Positions 1 to 7,719 of a stretch of 64,000 nt of DNA are shown piece after piece; position 1 is the stretch's first letter; every line of letters begins with the position of its first letter. The notes under the pieces were generated by a model, which was not told the origin of the DNA, ran no database searches, and saw only the letters and a list, made by a program, of their open reading frames with translations. Source of the stretch: an uncultured Phycisphaerae bacterium (GTDB lineage: Bacteria; Planctomycetota; Phycisphaerae; Sedimentisphaerales; Anaerobacaceae); NCBI GenBank assembly GCA_965603165.1, contig CBFDBY010000005.1:11474-75473 (forward strand). Direction: 5' to 3'. Both the position numbers and the translations under genes were made by a program.

Positions 1-1086
1 ATCAGTGGGGGTGTAGCTGGTCTCACCCACGATCTCGCCCTTATCGGTCTCGGCGGCGCCTTGCGCGACGGCATCAGCGTCTTCGCCGAGGTAGAGGTGA
101 TGCTTTGCCGCGCCTCTGCCGGCTTCCCACAGGAGAGTCACCGTGGGCGAGACGGACGGCGCCTCGTCCGCTGGCCTGGGATAGTAGGCCTTCACGTCCT
201 GCGAAACGAAGCTCCACACGGGCCCCTCATAGATGGTGACCCCATCGGCCTCCACCTCGTTGATCTTCCAGTAGTAGATTACACCCGGCTCCAGGCCCGC
301 CATGTGATAGTACACGTTCACTGGGGCCACCTGACGCTCGACCACCAACGGCGGGTTGGGATCGGTTCCGAAGTAGACCTCATGCCAGAAGGCGCTAGCG
401 CCCGACTCCCACTCGAGCAAGGGAGCCTGAACGCCGATTGCTTCATCCGCCGGGTTCGGATTCCGGGCCATGAACATCGGCTCCGGGTCCCTCATTACCG
501 GGGCCAGGTACTTGCCGGCAACGACGACCGGTCCGGAACCGATCCCAGGACCGCCCCAGCCCACGCTGACGTGCCCCCCGCCGGTGCCATCCGACTGCAG
601 GACCTCGACATAGTACCGTTTGCCGGCGGTCAGCGCCACTGGATCGGACTTCTGATTGGCGCCGGGGGCGCCTACGCTACCGGCAAAATCCCGGTAGTTT
701 GTCCACCCTTCAACATTGGCGATCAGACTGATGTTCAGCGGATCTTCGTCGGTGCTCAGCCACAGTTCGCTGTCATCGTCGCTGGCGATCCAAAACGTGT
801 AGTCGCCCGTCTGCGGTGGATAGATGTAACCGCGACCGCGACAGCCCCAGTAGTCCTCGCCGCCATCGGGTCGCTCCAGTGCCTGCACCCAATAGCCCCG
901 ATCCGGATTGTCCGGAAAGTCCGAGTCCGCCTTGAGTGTGTCGACGTTGTCCGTGATGTTGTTTTCCGGGGTGCTATAGAAGTCTTCAAAAAGGAAGTTG
1001 CCCTTGCCCGGATCAGCGGCGCTGGCCGCACCGGCCAGCCCCAGAACGGCAAGGGCCAGTACTATATAGCCTAATGTCTTGCTCAT
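1..1086 (-). CDS. PA14 domain-containing secreted protein, N-terminal part only (C-terminus lies beyond the left window edge)
   Basis: Absent from the ORF track, presumably because it has no in-window stop. Hand translation of the reverse strand is checked from ATG 1086-1084 down to nt 721 and by eye appears open to nt 1. It reads MSKTLGYIVLALAVLGLAGAASAADPGKGNFLFEDF...YIYPPQTGDYTFWIASDDDSELWLSTDEDP...KRYYVEVLQSDGTGGGHVSVGW. This shows a signal peptide and PA14-type motifs, then FN3-like repeats. AAGGAGG SD at 1097-1103 on the reverse strand. Confidence 0.8.
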   Translation of the reverse strand, partial: MSKTLGYIVLALAVLGLAGAASAADPGKGNFLFEDFYSTPENNITDNVDTLKADSDFPDNPDRGYWVQALERPDGGEDYWGCRGRGYIYPPQTGDYTFWIASDDDSELWLSTDEDPLNISLIANVEGWTNYRDFAGSVGAPGANQKSDPVALTAGKRYYVEVLQSDGTGGGHVSVGWGGPGIGSGPVVVAGKYLAPVMRDPEPMFMARNPNPADEAIGVQAPLLEWESGASAFWHEVYFGTDPNPPLVVERQVAPVNVYYHMAGLEPGVIYYWKINEVEADGVTIYEGPVWSFVSQDVKAYYPRPADEAPSVSPTVTLLWEAGRGAAKHHLYLGEDADAVAQGAAETDKGEIVGETSYTPTD

Positions 1087-1604
1087 AATCAATATCCCTC
1101 CTTCTAAGGGAATCGAAATTCGTGTGCCGGCCACGCGCCAGACACAACCCTGCCGGTTCCGCGCGAGCACGCCTGGCGTGCCCGGACATCCCCGGCCGCA
1201 ACATCGTTCCGAAGCCACAAGAAGAAACTTGCCACACGTCAAAGGCCAATTGCGCATACCCCTCACGCCGCGCTGTATTACCTCCTTTCCATACGCGCCG
1301 TTTTCGTATGCCAAGTGGGGCGTAAAACTGGCCTCTTGCCGTGCAATACGCTCATTGGCGAGGTTCCTTCCTCCGTAACCACATCATCCATCGCCGGTGA
1401 AACGGAACCAGACGCCCTTTCTGGGGCCATCCCAGTATCCGACGGCTTAGTCTACTTCTAACATATCGCCCACTGAACGTCAAGACTTCTTGATGATTCC
1501 ACACACAATCTCTCGTCATCCACGCGGGCTGTGGACGTTGGTGGTCCCGGAAGGGCGGGGCATGAGGCCCCGTGATGGAAGCGGGATATCTGGTGCAGAC
1601 AGGT

Positions 1605-2882
1605 CTACTCGGAGGGCCTCACGCCCACGTACTCCGTTCGGGCGTCGGCGATGAGTCCGAGCATCTGGTCGGCCTGGCGGCGGATGGCCGGGTCGGAGCT
1701 GATCACGCGCGAGCTCCATTTGGCGTACTCGCGATTCAACTGGTGGCGCATCTCGTCCTTGCTCATCGCCTCGGTAACGCCCAGGATCATCTCGGCGTCT
1801 TGCGTCTGGTGCATTTCGACGGGTAGGATCTTCTCCACCATGGCGCGGAGCCGACCTCGCTCGATCTCCAGCCACTCCGAGAGGTCTTTCAGCAGCGTCA
1901 ACTCGGCCCTGCTGACCTGCCCTTTGGCGGCGGCTACGCGTAGGCACAGATCGATGATTTCGAGCCGGCCGACGAGCGGGGCGATCTCGACGACCTCATG
2001 GCACACATCCTGCACATTGATGGTTCCGCCCCGGCGGAAGAACGCCGCCGTTTTCTGCAGCGCCCGATCCAGTTCCTGCCTGGCGGCAGCGGACGCATCG
2101 GCTGATCCGAAGTTGGTCCTCACCCACGCGTGAACGACGTTCACCTCGGGGTCGAGCAACTTGCCGTTGGCCGCGCCCACGCAGAAGGCCAGCCCGACGG
2201 CGAGCGTTTTCGCCCGCCGAATGTTGTCCTCGACGTCCAGGTAGCCGGTCTCGATGTTCTCGTAGACCCCAACGCACGTGGCGCAGGCAAGCTGATCGCC
2301 CGTTCGACGCGACACGATGGAGACGGTGTACTTGAGCTTGCGCTGGCCATTGCGAGGCAACACGAACCATTGCGGGGAAAGCTGGGCGACGATCGTCCAG
2401 TCCTCCAGGATCGTCGCCTGCTGGCACAGCCGCCCCATATCGCACTGATGGACGAAGTGCGAGGACCCGTTCAGCGGCCCATGCTTCGGACGATTCAGAA
2501 CGGGCAGGGGATCGTTCGGGTTATCGGTCACGTCGACGACCGAGATTCGCAGGTCGATCTCGTGTCCTTCGTCGGGCGCATGAATCGTGCCGCAGATGTC
2601 CACGACCGGCACGGACCGCCAATTGTCCCCGTCAGCCTCTCGACCGATCCTCGCGCGGCAGTTGAACACGCTCAGATCCAGGGGATGACAGAAATCGGCG
2701 GGTATGTCGCTCTCGCTACGGCCTGTGGCGATCCGGCTGATACATTCCTTGCATTCCGATAATCGGTTCCGCACTTGGCGGGCCACATCCGGCGGCCCGG
2801 CCTGGAGCGAACGCCGGGAAGCATCCGACCAGAATGCTTTGAGTCTCGACCGTATTTTCGCCAGCCCTGTACCCATAGGCAT
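1605..2882 (-). CDS. TerB-like domain protein with a C-terminal degenerate (HPD-less) J-like domain and an unknown beta-rich N-terminal domain
   Basis: 425-aa ORF. The central region has TerB-type paired helices (AANGKLLDPEV ... AAAKGQVSRAELTLLKDL). The C-terminus ILGVTEAMSKDEMRHQLNREYAKWSSRVISSDPAIRRQADQMLGLIADARTEY follows the J-domain helix I-III pattern but has SDP where HPD is expected. It lies 55 nt downstream of the Hsp70 gene on the same strand. Confidence 0.75.
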   Translation of the reverse strand: MPMGTGLAKIRSRLKAFWSDASRRSLQAGPPDVARQVRNRLSECKECISRIATGRSESDIPADFCHPLDLSVFNCRARIGREADGDNWRSVPVVDICGTIHAPDEGHEIDLRISVVDVTDNPNDPLPVLNRPKHGPLNGSSHFVHQCDMGRLCQQATILEDWTIVAQLSPQWFVLPRNGQRKLKYTVSIVSRRTGDQLACATCVGVYENIETGYLDVEDNIRRAKTLAVGLAFCVGAANGKLLDPEVNVVHAWVRTNFGSADASAAARQELDRALQKTAAFFRRGGTINVQDVCHEVVEIAPLVGRLEIIDLCLRVAAAKGQVSRAELTLLKDLSEWLEIERGRLRAMVEKILPVEMHQTQDAEMILGVTEAMSKDEMRHQLNREYAKWSSRVISSDPAIRRQADQMLGLIADARTEYVGVRPSE

Positions 2883-2937
2883 TCAAAGGGTGCCGAACCG
2901 GACACCCATCACTCCGTCCTCGCGAACCCCGATGACC

Positions 2938-4488
2938 TCACTCCACCTTGAACGATTCGAGTTCAGCGGTCTTTTCGGCGACCTCTCCCCCGGCCAAATC
3001 GCCGTCATCATCCAGTGAGAAATCGAGCTCGAGCAGTCGACCCGACTCGATGTCCTCGAATTTGCAGTGCATACGCTGATTTAGGTCGTAGCTGTACGTT
3101 ACCTTGATGGGCCGCTCGGCCGGTCGGTCCGGAGGCAGCTCGAAGCTGTGTGTCGCGATCCGATTGACGTACGCCGGATCGGCATCCTCGCCCTGGGTAA
3201 TCGTCACTTCCACACGCTTCTGCCCCTCGGAGACCGTGTAGAACGTCTGGGAGGCGTCGCAGGGCAGGGGCGTGTTCTTCTTCAGGATGATCCGGTTCTG
3301 CACGACACGACGGCCGGTCTCTTTGTCGACCGGGGCGCAGATGGTGCCATAGCTGTGGTTGCAGACGTCCGTCAAACTGATGTCTTTGAGCCCCGTGCGT
3401 ATGCCGGGGGCCACCGCCTCAGGATCCTGCCGCATCATGGCCAGACCCGCGTGCAGGGCGGCGCCGAGCGCCACACACTCATCGACGTTGACAGAGGTCT
3501 CCGGCGGAAAACCGAAGATCTCCTCCAGGTGGCTACGCACCAGAGGTATCCGCGTGCTACCTCCGACCAGAAGCACCTTGTCGATATCGGACGGTTTCAG
3601 CCCCGCCTCGTCCAGCGCCACCTCCACGAGCATGTCCGCCCGCGCAACCAGCGACGTAATGGATTCCTCGAACATCTCCCGCGGGACTTCCGCACGCATG
3701 TTGCCGCTCGGGCCGTAGAGCATGGTCTTGGCCACGGGTCGGCGGGAGAGCGTCTTCTTGATATCTTCGGCCTCGTCCTCGCATTTGGCCCTCTGCTCTT
3801 CGGAGTCGATCAGCTCGGCCCCGAACTTGTCCTTGTACAGCTTCTCAAGGATCTCGAGCACCTTTCTGTCGAAGTCGATACCGCCCAGCGCGTGATCGCC
3901 CTGGGAGCAGATGATCTCCATCTCCAGCCCGCGCACGTCCATGAGCGTGACGTCGAAGGTGCCGCCGCCGAGGTCGTACACGAGGACCCGCCCGCAGACT
4001 TCCCGCGTGGTGGCGTAGCACAGGGCCGCCGCCACCGGCTCGTTGACGATCCCGATCACGTTCAGGCCGACCGCCGTCCCGGCATCCATGGTCGCCTTGC
4101 GGCGAATCTCGTCAAAGTGGGCTGGCACGGAGATCACGGCATCGCGGACCTCGCCCTGTGGGGCAGAGCAATCCTGCTTGAGCTTCTTCAGGATCAGGGC
4201 CGACAGTTCCACCGGTGTCCAGTCCTTGTCGTCGATGTGTACCTTGTGCTCGGCCTCGCCCATGTGCCGCTTGATCCATCGGACCGAGCGCGCGGGGTTG
4301 AGGTGCCGCGAGTTGAGCGCCTCGATGCCGACGCGGATGACCCCCGTGCTGTCCTCATCAAAGAAGATGGCCGACGGCGTCAACCGCTCGCCGTCCGCGT
4401 TCGGAATGATTTCCGGCTTACCGATCGCGTTGAGCATCGCCAGAGACGAAAACGTCGTCCCGAGGTCTATGCCGACGATGTTACCCAT
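2938..4488 (-). CDS. Hsp70 family ATPase, short form (NBD plus beta substrate-binding subdomain, no helical lid or EEVD tail)
   Basis: 516 aa. Motifs GIDLGTTFS, DLGGGTFDV and LLVGGSTRIPLV. ATG at 4488 preceded by an AGGAG SD. Confidence 0.9.
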   Translation of the reverse strand: MGNIVGIDLGTTFSSLAMLNAIGKPEIIPNADGERLTPSAIFFDEDSTGVIRVGIEALNSRHLNPARSVRWIKRHMGEAEHKVHIDDKDWTPVELSALILKKLKQDCSAPQGEVRDAVISVPAHFDEIRRKATMDAGTAVGLNVIGIVNEPVAAALCYATTREVCGRVLVYDLGGGTFDVTLMDVRGLEMEIICSQGDHALGGIDFDRKVLEILEKLYKDKFGAELIDSEEQRAKCEDEAEDIKKTLSRRPVAKTMLYGPSGNMRAEVPREMFEESITSLVARADMLVEVALDEAGLKPSDIDKVLLVGGSTRIPLVRSHLEEIFGFPPETSVNVDECVALGAALHAGLAMMRQDPEAVAPGIRTGLKDISLTDVCNHSYGTICAPVDKETGRRVVQNRIILKKNTPLPCDASQTFYTVSEGQKRVEVTITQGEDADPAYVNRIATHSFELPPDRPAERPIKVTYSYDLNQRMHCKFEDIESGRLLELDFSLDDDGDLAGGEVAEKTAELESFKVE

Positions 4489-4557
4489 GGTTCTCTCCTA
4501 CGTGCAATTTCACTCTGCAATCTATTCTGACAGAGGCGCCGACAAGGCCCGTCGTGC

Positions 4558-6090
4558 TCAGCCGAAGAGCTTGACCTGCGCCGTTCTGACAATCTTGAAA
4601 CTCTCGTCATCAACCATATATCGATAACCTGGCCGGATGACTTTGGCGATCTTGCCAACCATCTCCTGCTTTTTCGTCGGCTGTCGCTCCTTGATCGTCT
4701 CCGTAGACCGCTCCAGCCCTTTGTATTCACTGTTGACCTCCGGCCGAAACTGCTCCACTCCGCTGGATTCCAGGGCGAAGAGCAGCTCGTCGCGAACCTC
4801 CTCAAGATGGTCCAGCGCGCCGTCGCCGTCGCCCAGCTCGGCGATCCGGTTCTCAAGGTTGTCGAGACACCGAATCACCCGCAGGCAGAACGTCCGAATG
4901 ATGCCCCAGTCGTAGCCGTCCTGGAGCTTTTCGACGCGGCCCTGCTGGTTGGCGGCGTACTCGCGGATGGCGGAAACCTGCTGCGCCAGCTCCTTGAGCG
5001 TGCTGCTCAGCGGCTCCGATTGCTCGCGCGCCACCTGCTGGGCATCCTGTGCCGCCTGCTTGAATTCAGTGATTTGGTTCTGCAGGTCCTCAGCCTGCCC
5101 CTTCAATGTGTCCTCCGCAGCGCCGGCACGGTCCTCCTGATCCGGGGCAGACACCGCTGCCTGCTCGGCGGCCTCATCTGGCGACGGCAGGTTCTCGGAC
5201 GAAGTGGCGGCTACTCCCTGCAGCGACCATTGGGCCTCAGGCGACCACTCTGCCTCTTGCGACGGTTCATCTGCAAGCAGGAGGGCCACCGAACTTTCCT
5301 CGCTTGCCGGCTCGGCGGCAAGCGACAGACGACCGGTCGTGGTAGACCGGTCCGGCGAGGGAATCCGAAACCCGTCCATGATCGTCGATTCCTCCGGGAT
5401 GGGCCCGGAAGCATAGGGGCCGCTCGGCGTCTCTGAGACGGCCAGGACTTTCCTTCTCTGCTTCGGTCGCTCCGGGGGCGGCCCCGGGTCCTCGGGCTCC
5501 TCGGGATCGTCCTCCCCGTGAGGCTCAATGTTCGTCAGTTCCGGAACATCGGGCTCCGGCTCGCTCGGCTGACGTCGCGACCGCTGTGTCAAGGCCCTGA
5601 CGAGCCGCACGAGCAGTCCCAACAGCCAAGCCACGACACAGCCGCCAAAAAGAACGGCACCGATCGAAAGGCACACAATGGAGGTCGTCTGTGCGATCTC
5701 CATCTGTTCCTTGCGCTTCTTGTATTGCTCGACCTGCTCTTCCCAGCCCGATCCGTAGAGAAAGTCGGCAATGTCACCAGGGTCCATTTCGCCGGCCGCC
5801 AGCTTGTCCAAATCGGCTTGAAGCCTGGCCTGCTGCTCTCGAATGAGCTGTTCCAGCGTCTTGTTCTGGCGATCCCTGTCCAGTTCGAGAGCAAGCTGGT
5901 TCTGCTGCTCCGGGCTGAGTTCGTACCATCGGCCGTACTTCTCAAGGTATTCTTCAGCTCCGACGGCGCCTTCGAGCCCGATGCCGCGATCACGCTCCTG
6001 CTTGGCCTGCGTCTCGCTGTACGCCCAGCCGAACGCAAGACCGCCGACGACCAGCAGTGCCAAGCCAAGGATTACGCACGTTCGCAGCAT
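4558..6090 (-). CDS. Membrane-anchored GrpE-like nucleotide exchange factor
   Basis: 510 aa. Hydrophobic segments at about aa 5-24 and about aa 132-165, then a long acidic/Pro-rich linker. The C-terminal ~150 aa align by eye to the GrpE dimerisation helix and beta domain (VIRCLDNLENRI...LEEVRDELLFALESSGVEQF...IAKVIRPGYRYMV...IVRTAQVKL). Confidence 0.75.
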   Translation of the reverse strand: MLRTCVILGLALLVVGGLAFGWAYSETQAKQERDRGIGLEGAVGAEEYLEKYGRWYELSPEQQNQLALELDRDRQNKTLEQLIREQQARLQADLDKLAAGEMDPGDIADFLYGSGWEEQVEQYKKRKEQMEIAQTTSIVCLSIGAVLFGGCVVAWLLGLLVRLVRALTQRSRRQPSEPEPDVPELTNIEPHGEDDPEEPEDPGPPPERPKQRRKVLAVSETPSGPYASGPIPEESTIMDGFRIPSPDRSTTTGRLSLAAEPASEESSVALLLADEPSQEAEWSPEAQWSLQGVAATSSENLPSPDEAAEQAAVSAPDQEDRAGAAEDTLKGQAEDLQNQITEFKQAAQDAQQVAREQSEPLSSTLKELAQQVSAIREYAANQQGRVEKLQDGYDWGIIRTFCLRVIRCLDNLENRIAELGDGDGALDHLEEVRDELLFALESSGVEQFRPEVNSEYKGLERSTETIKERQPTKKQEMVGKIAKVIRPGYRYMVDDESFKIVRTAQVKLFG

Positions 6091-6453
6091 GATTCCGATC
6101 TATTCCAAAGTCCTGTTATGGCGAATCTGCTCGTTTAATCGGCTTTCCCGACCCAGCAGTTAAGAAGTCTTTGGGCGATTGGCGGCCGCAGGAACTCGAC
6201 GCCGTGTGACAAAGCCGCTTCCGTACGCCTCGAACCTATAATTATCTGGCTGAATTGGCTTGTATACGGCTTGGCGACACGACAGACCCTGCGAACCGCC
6301 CACTAAACTATAAGAAAGCGCCGGTAGGGCACCAAACCGGTGTCTTGTGCCCCGCACCGGCCGCGAAATGCGGACGTTGACTGCTGTCCGATAACGGCAT
6401 CCCAGCCGAACGGAGCCATCGAAAAAGCCGGCCATTCGTACCGAAAAAACCTC

Positions 6454-6482
6454 TTGCAGCCGCGTCCGAAGGGTTGTACACT
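6454..6482 (+). promoter_or_regulatory. Sigma70-like promoter TTGCAG-17-TACACT upstream of tRNA-Lys
   Basis: Hexamers at 6454-6459 and 6477-6482 with a 17-nt spacer, about 60 nt upstream of the tRNA. Confidence 0.35.
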
Positions 6483-6542
6483 ACTTGCTTCGCGGGCGTT
6501 AGATGTCTCGGGACCTTCCGGCGTCGTCCGCAGGAACTTATT

Positions 6543-6615
6543 GGGTGATTAGCTCAGCCGGTAGAGCAGCTGACTCTTAATCAGCCGGTCGTAGGTTCGA
6601 ATCCTACATCACCCA
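6543..6615 (+). tRNA. tRNA-Lys (anticodon CTT)
   Basis: Cloverleaf read by hand: GGGTGAT TA GCTC AGCCGGTA GAGC A GCTGA CTCTTAA TCAGC CGGTC GTAGG TTCGAAT CCTAC ATCACCC A. Confidence 0.95.
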
Positions 6616-6696
6616 TTCAAGAACGCGGAGAATGCGAGCAGTTGCGAGTAGGCTTGTATCTTAGTTTGTTTTCGAAGCTATTCTGAGAGGCGGTGC

Positions 6697-7704
6697 CTAA
6701 TGTCCCCCCAGCGCCTTGCCCACAGCGGCCAATTGTTCGATGAACGGCTGGGACATCAGGCCGTTGCTCCGGATCGGCACATCCCAGGTCAGGGCGCAGC
6801 CGTTGCGCGTACGTTCACGACTCCAGCGGACGACATCCTCCGTCGAGAACCGCGGCTCGCCCGTCCCCCAACGCTGCCCCAGGTAGCTCAAGACATGCAC
6901 CTGGACACCATCGTGTTTGCCGTCGACGGCGCGACGCAGATCCACGGCGTTCGGCTCGTTGATCTCGCCGGCGAGGTAGTCCTCATGCGGCGTCAGCGAA
7001 CGCAGCCGATTGTAGACGCCCGGATTGAAAGCGACTACGCTGTTGGGATTGCCTGCCCTCGCAGCAGCGGCAAAACTGCCAAAATCAGGAGGGTCGGCCT
7101 GGCGATACATCGAGTTCGGCCAGTAACATCCATCGAACCACCAACCTTCAACCTTGGTGCCCCAGCGAACCGACCACTCCCGGATCACCTGCTCCCATTT
7201 GAGTTGAAACTCACGATTTCGATAGGGGCCTCGGCGCCATTGCAGCGCTTCAGTGGCCGTGCGGTCCCCACCCGGGGCGCCCGAAGGCAGATACACCATC
7301 AGCCTGATCCGGCGCTTGCTCAGAGCTTCATAGAGGTCCGCCACCAAATCCCGCCGGGAACACTTGCTCGGCCGAATGCCGACATAGCCGTCGTACGTTG
7401 CGTTGGGCGACAGATAGTAACCGGAGTTCTGACCTATCGTGATCAGATAGTAGCCCGCCCCGACAGAATCCAACTGATTCGCCAATCCTTCCACGTCGAA
7501 GGCGTCAATGAGCTCGTTCCATCGCTCGACGCTCATCTCCATCTTCTCGTTGCGTGCTATCCAATCGGCCAGGTAGTGATTCATCACGCCCCAACGGGCC
7601 TGCTGCATCCACGCCGCCCGATCCTGGGCTTGCCCGGTGAGTGTGAACAAGACTATCAGTGCCAGACAAATCGATCTGCTGCTATGCCGATTCATTCGTA
7701 TCAT
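6697..7704 (-). CDS. Secreted TIM-barrel glycoside hydrolase-like protein (alpha-L-fucosidase/GH29-like)
   Basis: 335 aa with a signal peptide. WGVMNHYL and EGWWFDGCYW motifs resemble the GH29-type barrel. The family assignment is tentative. Confidence 0.55.
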   Translation of the reverse strand: MIRMNRHSSRSICLALIVLFTLTGQAQDRAAWMQQARWGVMNHYLADWIARNEKMEMSVERWNELIDAFDVEGLANQLDSVGAGYYLITIGQNSGYYLSPNATYDGYVGIRPSKCSRRDLVADLYEALSKRRIRLMVYLPSGAPGGDRTATEALQWRRGPYRNREFQLKWEQVIREWSVRWGTKVEGWWFDGCYWPNSMYRQADPPDFGSFAAAARAGNPNSVVAFNPGVYNRLRSLTPHEDYLAGEINEPNAVDLRRAVDGKHDGVQVHVLSYLGQRWGTGEPRFSTEDVVRWSRERTRNGCALTWDVPIRSNGLMSQPFIEQLAAVGKALGGH

Positions 7705-7719
7705 CCTACAATACGCGAT

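Noticed and set aside
61-1074. 337-aa plus-strand ORF
   Set aside because: It is antisense to a clear PA14-domain gene on the minus strand. Its R/G/V/H-rich composition is typical of shadow ORFs in high-GC DNA.
3148-4530. 460-aa plus-strand ORF
   Set aside because: It is antisense to the Hsp70 gene, whose motifs are unambiguous. Its composition is Arg/Gly/Val-rich.
6091-6615. tRNA-Lys as an integration site making the Hsp70 module a genomic island
   Set aside because: There is no integrase and no visible duplicate of the tRNA 3' end. The module's GC content looks native.
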